Assembly (NCBI GenBank): GCA_035509435.1
Contig: DATJLR010000002.1
Location: 330,338-394,337, forward strand
Direction: 5' to 3'
Origin: Minisyncoccota bacterium
GTDB taxonomy: Bacteria > Patescibacteriota > Minisyncoccia > UBA6257 > 2-01-FULL-56-20
Length of the DNA stretch: 64,000 nt
The position numbers were made by a program, and so were the translations under genes. The notes beneath the pieces are model-generated. The model did no database searches. It was not told where the DNA came from and worked only from the letters and a program-made list of their open reading frames with translations. This document shows, one piece after another, positions 55,798-64,000 of the stretch; position 1 is the first letter of the stretch; every line of letters starts with the position of its first letter.

Positions 55798-57078
55798 ATG
55801 ACCGGATACGCGCAACGCCTGTGGAACCATTTTTTGACCGACACGCTTTTCCGCAACTCAATTTACCTGATGCTGTCCACGGGGTTCATGGGCGCGTTCG
55901 GGTTCTTTTTCTGGCTCATTTGCGCCCATCTCTTCACTTCCGACCAGATCGGGATCGGCACCGCGCTCATTTCGGCAATGGCGCTCATCTCCGCGATCAG
56001 CACGCTCGGCTTCAACAGCACATTCATCCGGGTGCTTCCCACTTCCACCAACCGGAACGATGAGATCAATACCGGCTCCATCTTGGTGGTTGCCGCCTCC
56101 GCGATCATCGCGACCGCGTATGTGTTCGGCGTATCGTTCATCGCGCCAAAGCTCGGCATCATCCATCAGAACTTCTGGTACGCCGCGGGATTTGTGATCA
56201 CGGTCGCGCTCGCGTCGATCAACTCGCTGAGTGACAGCGTCTTTATCGCCTATCGTGCGGCACATTACGCGCTCATCACCGACGGATTGGTGACGAGCAT
56301 CGCCAAACTGCTCCTGCCGCTCGTATTCGTCGTCCTCGGAGCGTACGGGGTGTTCGCCGCGGCAAGCTTTGCGGCATCGATCGGCATGGTCGCGAGCATC
56401 TTCTACATGGTCCGGAAGTTCAATTATCATCCGCGCTTTACGGTCAGCGTTCCCGTGATCAAACAAGTGTTCCATTACTCGTTCACGAATTACATCGCCG
56501 ACCTTTTTAACATGGTTCCCACGCTTGTCCTTCCCATCATCGTGCTTGACGTGCTGGGCGCCGCGCCGACGGGCTATTTCTTTCTGGCATTCATGATCGT
56601 CAATTTGATCTACGCCGTTCCGGCTGCCGTTTCCGGATCGCTTTTTGCAGAAGGGTCGTACGGCGTCACCGCGCTGCGTACATTGCTGAAACGTTCAGCG
56701 GTCCTGTTGACCGCGATCATGGTCCCCGCGGCGATCCTATTCGCGGCGATCGGCCCGTTCGTCCTTGGATTTTTCGGAAAGGAATACAGCACCGGCGGCG
56801 CGGGCGTAATCATCGTCCTCGCGCTCAGCGCGCCGGCGGTCGCCTGCTTTGACATCGGAAGCTCGCTCCTCCGGATAACGAAGCAAGTATATTCGCTGGT
56901 GGTCGTGAATATTTTTTACGCGGCAGTGGTGTGCGCGTGCGCGCTGCTATGGGCATCACGCGGCATCGATTGGGTGGCGGCGGCGTGGCTTGCCGGCAAT
57001 GTGGTGGCGGCAATAATGGCATTTCTTTTTGTTTTTCAGGGTCATCAGCGCCACCTGCGGATGCAAGCGGCCAAATAA
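55798..57078 (+). CDS. Polysaccharide biosynthesis flippase (Wzx-like, MOP superfamily)
   Basis: ~12 TM helices, 426 aa, typical Wzx hydropathy and context. Confidence 0.8.
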   Translation: MTGYAQRLWNHFLTDTLFRNSIYLMLSTGFMGAFGFFFWLICAHLFTSDQIGIGTALISAMALISAISTLGFNSTFIRVLPTSTNRNDEINTGSILVVAASAIIATAYVFGVSFIAPKLGIIHQNFWYAAGFVITVALASINSLSDSVFIAYRAAHYALITDGLVTSIAKLLLPLVFVVLGAYGVFAAASFAASIGMVASIFYMVRKFNYHPRFTVSVPVIKQVFHYSFTNYIADLFNMVPTLVLPIIVLDVLGAAPTGYFFLAFMIVNLIYAVPAAVSGSLFAEGSYGVTALRTLLKRSAVLLTAIMVPAAILFAAIGPFVLGFFGKEYSTGGAGVIIVLALSAPAVACFDIGSSLLRITKQVYSLVVVNIFYAAVVCACALLWASRGIDWVAAAWLAGNVVAAIMAFLFVFQGHQRHLRMQAAK

Positions 57079-57167
57079 GGCTTATTTTTGCTGTATTTCC
57101 GGCGGACTGGACAAAATTAAATAAATATGCTACAAATAGGCATATTAAATAAACATTAAAGGCGTCT

Positions 57168-57623
57168 ATGGAACCCCATTCCAAGTCCCGGTTGATCATC
57201 CTTCTTTTGCTGGCCGTGGTCCTCGTCGGGATCCTCGCGAGCATCTATTACAAAGCCGATCCTGTCTATGGCCTTCTTCAGCGCATGAACCTGATCCCGA
57301 TGCCGGAACGGTTCACCGAGCTCTATTTCCAGAATGCGGACGCGCTTTCCTCTTCTGTCGCGAAAGGGCAGACCCTTTCGTTCGCGTTCACGATCCACAA
57401 TGAGCGCGGCGCGACGACCACGTATCCGTATATCGCATATTTCCAGAAGAGCGACGGCACGAAGATCGTCCTGCAGAACGGCGAGCTTCCGCTCGCGAGC
57501 GATGCAAGCACGACCATCACGGTCTCCTATCCGTTCACCGAGGCCGCAGGGACCGGAACCGTCGTCGTCGACCTCCCGTCGTTCGACCAGCAGATCGATT
57601 TCCTTCTGGCCAACGCCCAATAA
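57168..57623 (+). CDS. Membrane-anchored small beta-sandwich protein (DUF1616-like) in glycan locus
   Basis: N-terminal TM then ~110-aa soluble domain; directly precedes the GT2 gene. Confidence 0.5.
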   Translation: MEPHSKSRLIILLLLAVVLVGILASIYYKADPVYGLLQRMNLIPMPERFTELYFQNADALSSSVAKGQTLSFAFTIHNERGATTTYPYIAYFQKSDGTKIVLQNGELPLASDASTTITVSYPFTEAAGTGTVVVDLPSFDQQIDFLLANAQ

Positions 57624-57625
57624 CA

Positions 57626-58404
57626 TGCCCACGAACGAGCTCAAAAAAATAACGGTCCTCGTCCCCTGCCACAACGAAGAGGTGGGGATCGCCCACGTCA
57701 TGGAAGAGATGCCGTTCGACGACCTCAAGCGCCTGGGCTTCCGGGTGGAGGTGATCGTCATCGACAACAATTCGACCGATAAGACCGCGCTCGTTGCCCG
57801 CGCCCACGGCGCCACCGTCATCCACGAACCTAAGAAAGGGAAAGGCAATGCGCTTTCCACCGGTTTCCGCGCCGTGACGGAAGATACCGACTTCGTGGTC
57901 ATGATCGACGGAGACAACACTTACAAGCCGAAGGAGATCGCGCGCCTCGTGGAACCGCTCGCCTGCGGATTTTGCGACGTCGTCGTCGGATCGCGCCTGG
58001 GCGGCAAGATAAAGAAGGGCTCGCTCCACTTCCGCAACCGCGTCGTCAACTGGGGATTCGCGTTCCTCGTGCGCCAGTTCTATAAAGTGAACGTCACGGA
58101 CGTATTGAGCGGGTTCTTCGCGTGGAAGAAAGACGCGATCGACATCATCAGCGCCCATCTGCGGTCGGAAGGATTTTCGCTTGAGATGGAGCTCATCACG
58201 AAGACCGCCAAGCTCGGGCTCGAAATGTACTCCGTCCCGATCACCTACGACGTGCGCGACGGGAAAACGAAGATCAGCCCGGTCCGCGACGGCATCAGCA
58301 TCCTCGCGATGCTCGCCAAGAACCTTTTCTGGAAATCGACGATGGCCATCAAGGACGGCGCAACCGCGATCGCGGAACATAAAAAGCGGCTGCAGGACAT
58401 TTAA
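57626..58404 (+). CDS. Family 2 glycosyltransferase (Dpm1/GtrB-like polyprenyl-phosphate sugar transferase)
   Basis: ITVLVPCHNEE, DxD motif MIDGDNTY; 259 aa. Confidence 0.85.
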
Positions 58405-58411
58405 CATCATC

Positions 58412-59548
58412 ATGGCTGACGCAAAGAAGATCGCGATCGTCTCCGATACGGTCTATCCCTATTTCAAGGGCGGAAAGGAAAAGCGGATCCACGAGATCAC
58501 GACGCGCCTTGCCGCGCAGGGCCACGACGTGACCATCTACACGATGAAATGGTGGAGTGGCGGAAACACGATAAAAGAAAATGGCGTGACGCTCCGGGCG
58601 ATCAGCCCGCTGTATGCCGTCTATTACGGAAAGCGGCGCTCCACAAAGGAAGCGATCTTTTTTGCGCTGTACTGCTTGCGCCTGTTGTGGGCGGATTTTG
58701 ACGTGATGGAGGCCGACCACATGCCGCACCCGGTACTTTTCCCGTTGAAGATCGTATGTATGCTCAAGCGCAAAAAAATGATCGTCACCTGGCATGAGGT
58801 ATGGGGGCGGGAATACTGGGATGAATATCTGTCCCATGGCCTGCAAAGCTGGATCGCCTGGAACATCGAAAAAATGAGTGCGCACCTTCCCGACCTTGTA
58901 GTGTCAGTTTCCCGGCACACCACCCGCGAGGTCCGCGGGATCTTAAAACGAAAGAGGCCCGTCGTCACCGTTGAGAACGGCCTCGATATGGCAACGATCT
59001 TGAAGAATCCTCCGGCGCCCCGCGGAGCGAACATCCTTTTTGCGGGACGCCTGCTTTCCCATAAAAACGTCGATGTCCTCGTGCGGGCGACCGCGCGCGT
59101 CCTGAAAAAATATCCCGACGTGGTGCTGTGGATCATCGGCGAAGGTCCCGCGCGCGCATCGCTCGAATCGCTTGCGAAAGAATTGGGCATCGAGAAAAAT
59201 GTTGCGTTCCTGGGCTTCCTTAAAGATGAGGACGAACTGTACCGCGTGATGCAGGCCTCGCAGATATTCGCGCTCCCTTCCACGCGCGAAGGGTTCGGCA
59301 TCGCCGCGATCGAAGCCAACGCCTGCGGCATGCCCGTGATCACGATCGACCACGAACACAATGCCGCGCGGGACCTTATCATCAACGGCGAAAATGGCAC
59401 GCTCATCAAATTGGACGAGGCGCAGATGGCGGCCGCGATCGAATCATATCTCTTTTCGAAAAAAGACCGCGCCCAATACCGCACCTACGCCGAAAAATAC
59501 GACTGGAACCGCGCCGTATCCGAACTCCAGAAAATTTACGCATCATGA
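58412..59548 (+). CDS. Family 4 glycosyltransferase (GT-B)
   Basis: C-terminal E-x7-E region FALPSTREGFGIAAIEANACGMPVI. Confidence 0.85.
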   Translation: MADAKKIAIVSDTVYPYFKGGKEKRIHEITTRLAAQGHDVTIYTMKWWSGGNTIKENGVTLRAISPLYAVYYGKRRSTKEAIFFALYCLRLLWADFDVMEADHMPHPVLFPLKIVCMLKRKKMIVTWHEVWGREYWDEYLSHGLQSWIAWNIEKMSAHLPDLVVSVSRHTTREVRGILKRKRPVVTVENGLDMATILKNPPAPRGANILFAGRLLSHKNVDVLVRATARVLKKYPDVVLWIIGEGPARASLESLAKELGIEKNVAFLGFLKDEDELYRVMQASQIFALPSTREGFGIAAIEANACGMPVITIDHEHNAARDLIINGENGTLIKLDEAQMAAAIESYLFSKKDRAQYRTYAEKYDWNRAVSELQKIYAS

Positions 59549-60240
59549 CCGACACTATCGTCACAACCAGTTGGGACGACGGCCATATCCTCGATATGAA
59601 ACTGTCGGATCTCCTTTCCCGGTACGGCCTGCCGGCGACTTTTTATATTGCCCCCGAGAACCGCGAGATCGCCGCAAGCGAGCGGCTCTCGAAGGCGGCC
59701 GTGCGGTCGCTTTCCGAGCGGTTCGAGATCGGCGCGCACACCATGACCCATCCGCGCCTTTCCAGGATCGACGATGCATCGGCAAACGCGGAGATCGCCA
59801 CATCAAAATCCGTTCTGGAAGATTGGACCGGCAAGCCGGTGTCGGCATTCTGCTATCCCGGCGGCGATTTTACTCCGGCGCACGAGGCGATGGTAAAAGA
59901 CGCCGGATTCGCCGTTGCGCGCACCGTAAAGCGATTTTCATTCGGCGGCGGCGATCGTTTTGCGATGCCGACGACCGTCCATGCTTACCGGCACTGGTCG
60001 GATGTTTCCGCGATCGCCGCATTTTCCGGAATAAAGAATTTTTTGCGAAACTATCTCCATTGGGACGACCTTGCTATCGCTCTTTTTGAGCATGCGCGGA
60101 AAAACGGCGGCACCTTCCACCTATGGGGCCATTCGTGGGAGATAGAAAAGAACGGCGACTGGAACCGGCTGGAGCGCGTGTTCCGGCACATCGGCCGCCA
60201 AAATGGGATAACATATAAGACAAACAGCCAACTCGCATGA
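59545..60240 (+). CDS. Polysaccharide deacetylase (CE4 / NodB homology domain)
   Basis: TSWDDG motif 1, HTMTHPRL motif 2, CYPGG. Confidence 0.85.
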   Translation: MTDTIVTTSWDDGHILDMKLSDLLSRYGLPATFYIAPENREIAASERLSKAAVRSLSERFEIGAHTMTHPRLSRIDDASANAEIATSKSVLEDWTGKPVSAFCYPGGDFTPAHEAMVKDAGFAVARTVKRFSFGGGDRFAMPTTVHAYRHWSDVSAIAAFSGIKNFLRNYLHWDDLAIALFEHARKNGGTFHLWGHSWEIEKNGDWNRLERVFRHIGRQNGITYKTNSQLA

Positions 60241-62516
60241 AATCCCAAAAGACCGCAATCGTATTCGCGCCCTATTTTCCTCCGCAAGGCGGCGGCTTGG
60301 AGCGCTACGCCCGGCACATCAGCGCAAGTCTGGCGAACGAGTACCACTGGCGCGTGGTGGTCGTCACATCGGGCGACCGCGGCGGCGCGGACCGCATCGA
60401 GGAATACGACGGCCTCCGCGTCCATCGCCTCGCCTACCGTCACAAGATATCCAACACGCCGTTCTCGTTCGGATGGTTCCGCAAGATCCGAGCCATTCTG
60501 AACACCGAGAAACCGGATCTCATCAACGTGCACATGCCGGTGCCGGGCATCGGCGATGTCGCATGGCTGCTCTCCGGCAAGACGCCGCTCGTCGTCACGT
60601 ATCACGCCGGCAGCATGCACAAGAACAAGTTCCGCGACGATGTTCTGATCTGGCTCTACGAACACGGCCCGCTCCAATTCCTGCTGCGCCGCGCCGACCG
60701 CATCATCTGCTCGTCGGATTTCATCCGCTTCAATCTCCTCAAAAAATACCTCTATAAGAGCGTCACCATCATGCCGGGCGTGGACGCGGATTTCTTCACG
60801 CCGGATGCGAGCAAACGTTCGCCTATGCCGACGGTGCTTTTTGTGGCTGCGCTCAACCGCGCGCAGGAACAAAAAGGGTTGAAAACCCTGCTTGCGGCCG
60901 CAAAGATCGCGCGTGCGACGATCCCGAACCTGGGCGTCACCGTGGTGGGGACCGGCGATATGGAAGATGAATACAAAGCTTATGCGCGCGAGCTCGGCAT
61001 TGATGCGCATGTCGCGTTCATGGGCGGACTGGAGGGCAAAGACCTTCGTGATGCCTATCAGAGCGCGCACGTCTTTGCGCTCCCCAGCGCCAACGAAGCG
61101 CTCGGCATGGTCATTCTTGAAGCAATGGCATGTGAAGTTCCGGTCATCGGGGCGAATTCCGGAGGGATCCCGCTCATCATCGACGAGAACAAAACAGGGT
61201 TGCTCGTCCAGCCGAAGGATCCGGATGGATTGGCACGCGAGATCGTCACCCTCTTGAAGGATCCGGCAAAAAGCGCGGAATTTGGAAAGACCGCGCGCGA
61301 GATGATCATCAAAGATTTTAACTGGAAAGGACGCACCGATCTCTACGACGAGGTCCTCACGCAAATGCTCGGCAAAAAAGCGGAACACATTACGCGGATC
61401 ACCGTGGTCGCGTCGTATTTCTATCCGAAGATCGGCGGCCTTGAGAACTATGCCTATCTTCTCGCAAAGAACCTGAACGCGAGCGGTAAATATAAAATGA
61501 GCGTCATCACCAGCAACTATGACGGAAAAGGATACCGGCAGGATGTGATCGACGGCATGACGGTGCACCGGCTGCCGATCATGTTCCGGATCTCGAACAC
61601 CCCGATAAATCCGTTTTGGCCTGGCATGATAAAAAAGATCTACGATGCGGAACAGCCGGATATCGTGCATGTTCACTCTCCTGTCCCCTACATGGCGGAT
61701 GTGGCCGAATATGAAGCGCAAGATCGCGCCGTGGTGCTGACCTATCATTCGGGAAGCATGCTTAAAGGGCGGTGGCCTATCGATATCGTCATCGGTTTCT
61801 ATGAAAAGATATTCCTGCCGATGCTTTTTAAGCGCGCAAATATAGTGGTAGCGGTTTCACAGGAATTTGCCCGCCGTACATTCCCGCAATTCAATGAAAA
61901 AATCCATTTCATCCCTACCGGCGTAGATCTTTCCCGATTTAAAAAAACGCCGTTGCCGGATGGCACAAAAACCGTGACCTACGTGGGGCGCATCGAACAT
62001 AGTTCCAGCTGGAAGGGCATCGAACCGCTCTTACAGGCAATGGCGCTTGTCATAAAAGACCATCCTGATGTCCGGCTTGAGCTCGTTGGCGGCGGCGATG
62101 CGATCGGACATTATCGCGAGCGGGCCGATGCCCTTGGTATCGGAGCGTGCGCCACCCTGACGGGGCCGTTGCTTGGCAATGCCCTTGTGGATGCGTATAA
62201 ACGCGCAACCGTCGTGGTGTTGCCTTCGACCTCGGATTCGGAAGCTTTCAGTATTGCGCTTATCGAGGCGATGGCATCGGGTCGTCCGATCATCGGGACC
62301 GCTATTGGCGGCACGCCCCAGGTGATAGAAAACGGCAAAAACGGTTTGCTCGTTCCTCCGAAAGATCCGCGCGCCCTTGCCGACGCGATAGAAAAAGTGG
62401 TCATGGACAAAGCGCTCGCGACACACTTGGCGGATCATGGCGCCACGCGGGCACAAAATTTTTCCTGGGACGCGCAAGCGATGAAATATTCGGATCTTTT
62501 TGCAACCCTCTCATGA
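60237..62516 (+). CDS. Tandem-duplicated GT4 glycosyltransferase fusion (two complete GT-B units, 759 aa)
   Basis: Two EX7E regions (FALPSANEALGMVILEAMACEVPVIG and VVLPSTSDSEAFSIALIEAMASGRPIIG) ~380 aa apart; both halves start with an Rossmann-like IVFAPYFPP / ITVVASYFYP block. Confidence 0.85.
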   Translation: MKSQKTAIVFAPYFPPQGGGLERYARHISASLANEYHWRVVVVTSGDRGGADRIEEYDGLRVHRLAYRHKISNTPFSFGWFRKIRAILNTEKPDLINVHMPVPGIGDVAWLLSGKTPLVVTYHAGSMHKNKFRDDVLIWLYEHGPLQFLLRRADRIICSSDFIRFNLLKKYLYKSVTIMPGVDADFFTPDASKRSPMPTVLFVAALNRAQEQKGLKTLLAAAKIARATIPNLGVTVVGTGDMEDEYKAYARELGIDAHVAFMGGLEGKDLRDAYQSAHVFALPSANEALGMVILEAMACEVPVIGANSGGIPLIIDENKTGLLVQPKDPDGLAREIVTLLKDPAKSAEFGKTAREMIIKDFNWKGRTDLYDEVLTQMLGKKAEHITRITVVASYFYPKIGGLENYAYLLAKNLNASGKYKMSVITSNYDGKGYRQDVIDGMTVHRLPIMFRISNTPINPFWPGMIKKIYDAEQPDIVHVHSPVPYMADVAEYEAQDRAVVLTYHSGSMLKGRWPIDIVIGFYEKIFLPMLFKRANIVVAVSQEFARRTFPQFNEKIHFIPTGVDLSRFKKTPLPDGTKTVTYVGRIEHSSSWKGIEPLLQAMALVIKDHPDVRLELVGGGDAIGHYRERADALGIGACATLTGPLLGNALVDAYKRATVVVLPSTSDSEAFSIALIEAMASGRPIIGTAIGGTPQVIENGKNGLLVPPKDPRALADAIEKVVMDKALATHLADHGATRAQNFSWDAQAMKYSDLFATLS

Positions 62517-64000
62517 AAATAACCTTTTTTGTTTCCGGAAGCATCCTCAGTAATTTCAGCTATCGCACGCTCGCGCTCGCGCGTTCTTTGCATAAACTGG
62601 GACACGATGTTTCTATCGTTGCCCCGAGGGCAGACAAATACAACAACTTTACGCCGGAGATGATCAAGGAGGTCGATGGCGTACGGATAATCCAACCCTT
62701 TCAATTCGCCACACGGCGCTTGGAGATCAATCTAATTCCGTATCTGTTCGGCGCCGTCCGAGCGCTTTTCCGTGAACGGCCGGACCTTATCTACATATAT
62801 AAAGCCACGCCAATTTCCATCGTCGGCCTTCTTGGAAAGCTTTTCTGGAAAACGCCTGTCGTCACCGACTTCGATGATCTCGGAAGCGAGGTCATGAAGA
62901 TCGAAGGTCATCCTTTTCATCAGCGGAAGCTCGTGGAGTGGTCCGAACGAATAGCTGGCAGCTATGCGGATCGTCTTGTCGCCGCCTCGCGCTATCTTTT
63001 TGACTACTATCATCGTAAATATCCCGAAACGCCGATATATCTTATGCAAAATGGCGTGGATAAAGAGTGGTTTGCCGGACCGCTCGTTCCGTCCACACAA
63101 AGGACGATAGTCTTTTTTGGGGCGATCAATCGGACGAGCATTCTTGAGCCGCTGTTTGACGTCCTACCGAACGTGGCAAGGGAGGTTCCTGGTATAAAAG
63201 CGGTGATCATCGGCGACGGAAAATTCCTTCCGTATTTCAAAGAAAAAACGATTGCAGCAAATCTTGGGAATATCGTCACGTTCACGGGATGGCTTGATTT
63301 TGCCGCCGCGCGGACGTATTTACAGGCAGGAAGTATCGGCTACAGCTATATGCCGCGTGAAAACACCGCAATTGCAGCCAGCAGCATGAAGATCTCACAA
63401 TACATGTCCCGTGGTGTGATCCCGCTTGTGAGCGATATAAACGATATGGCAAATGATGAAGAATTCCTTTCGGCTGCCTATGTCGTCCCCACGGGAGATC
63501 GCATAGCATTAGAATCCTCAATAAAAAATCTATTTAAAAATGATGATATCCACGCCCGTTCCAAAAACGCACGCCAGTTTTCCGCGACCCACTTTGATTG
63601 GGACGCTCTTGCCTCTGGATTTTCGCAATGGATCTATCCGACCCACACACACACTTCTCCAAAGGTTTACATTGTAACTACAAAAATACCCGGCGATGTT
63701 GGAGGATCGGAAATCCGGAACTATAACCTCATCCGCCAGCTTCTGAAAAGCGCGAACGTCCATATTGAGGTTTTTTGTATTGCGCAAAATGATCCACAAT
63801 CTGAATGCGATGCTTTTGAATCACGGATAGGCGCACAATGTCACGCTGTTCACAATACACACCCGTCTATAGAGTCAACAATACGCGGACTATTGTGGGG
63901 TCGCGTTCCTCCGTTTATGGAAAATTTCAAAGCAAGCGGCATCGGCGATATATTTCGCAAAGCCTGCGAAAGATCGCTCCCCGATTTTGTACAAGTTGAA
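62513..64000 (+). CDS. GT4 glycosyltransferase, 5'-partial in window (continues past the right edge; second GT4 unit appears to begin near 63660)
   Basis: ATG at 62513 overlaps previous stop (ATGA); hand translation gives GT-B N-domain and ...PTGDRIALESSIKNLF; no stop before 64000. Confidence 0.75.
   Translation, partial: MKITFFVSGSILSNFSYRTLALARSLHKLGHDVSIVAPRADKYNNFTPEMIKEVDGVRIIQPFQFATRRLEINLIPYLFGAVRALFRERPDLIYIYKATPISIVGLLGKLFWKTPVVTDFDDLGSEVMKIEGHPFHQRKLVEWSERIAGSYADRLVAASRYLFDYYHRKYPETPIYLMQNGVDKEWFAGPLVPSTQRTIVFFGAINRTSILEPLFDVLPNVAREVPGIKAVIIGDGKFLPYFKEKTIAANLGNIVTFTGWLDFAAARTYLQAGSIGYSYMPRENTAIAASSMKISQYMSRGVIPLVSDINDMANDEEFLSAAYVVPTGDRIALESSIKNLFKNDDIHARSKNARQFSATHFDWDALASGFSQWIYPTHTHTSPKVYIVTTKIPGDVGGSEIRNYNLIRQLLKSANVHIEVFCIAQNDPQSECDAFESRIGAQCHAVHNTHPSIESTIRGLLWGRVPPFMENFKASGIGDIFRKACERSLPDFVQVE

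Noticed and set aside
1-64000. CRISPR arrays, rRNA operons, transposases, integrases/recombinases
   Set aside because: No periodic short direct repeats with unique spacers, no rRNA-like stretches and no recombinase/transposase motifs were seen on either strand; the only repeat family is the three-copy att-like element at 43.7-49.2 kb.

Overview
High-GC (~58-60%), tightly packed bacterial chromosome segment whose gene set is consistent with a reduced-genome lineage such as the Candidate Phyla Radiation (CPR) (short 156-aa EF-Ts, 369-aa gamma-only DnaX, 363-aa trigger factor, pilin-LamG fusion). Core housekeeping genes present: rpsB-tsf, mraY plus a D,D-carboxypeptidase, scpAB, dnaX, greA, tig, obg, typA, rpmA, rplI, def-fmt, sodA, glgA. 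There are four tRNAs: Tyr-GUA, Gln-CUG, Gln-UUG, and one tRNA-like 3' fragment. A polysaccharide/glycosylation locus (GT2, GT4 and tandem-GT4 fusions, Wzx flippase, CE4 deacetylase, ATP-grasp) runs off the right edge of the window. The most unusual parts are: (1) a back-to-back minus-strand cluster of an E1-like ThiF adenylyltransferase with an N-terminal extension, a tandem nitroreductase-fold (SagB/McbC-like) dehydrogenase, a PaaK/F390-synthetase-like adenylate-forming ligase and IlvE, bracketed by a multi-TM histidine kinase and a REC-only response regulator, with no YcaO and no obvious precursor peptide. (2) Two cargo-only genomic islets inserted in tandem immediately 3' of tRNA-Gln(UUG), bounded by three copies of a ~40-nt core whose flanks follow an attL / attP-like / attR pattern, with no integrase in the window. 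(3) A ~420-nt ORF-free GC-rich structured RNA candidate on the minus strand with its own promoter and intrinsic terminator, divergent from an apparently leaderless dnaX. (4) A solitary MazF/PemK-like toxin gene in a low-GC patch. (5) An extracytoplasmic methionine-sulfoxide repair module (msrB-msrA-flavoprotein-TlpA-like thioredoxin-ccdA). No CRISPR arrays, rRNA genes, transposases or integrases were seen.
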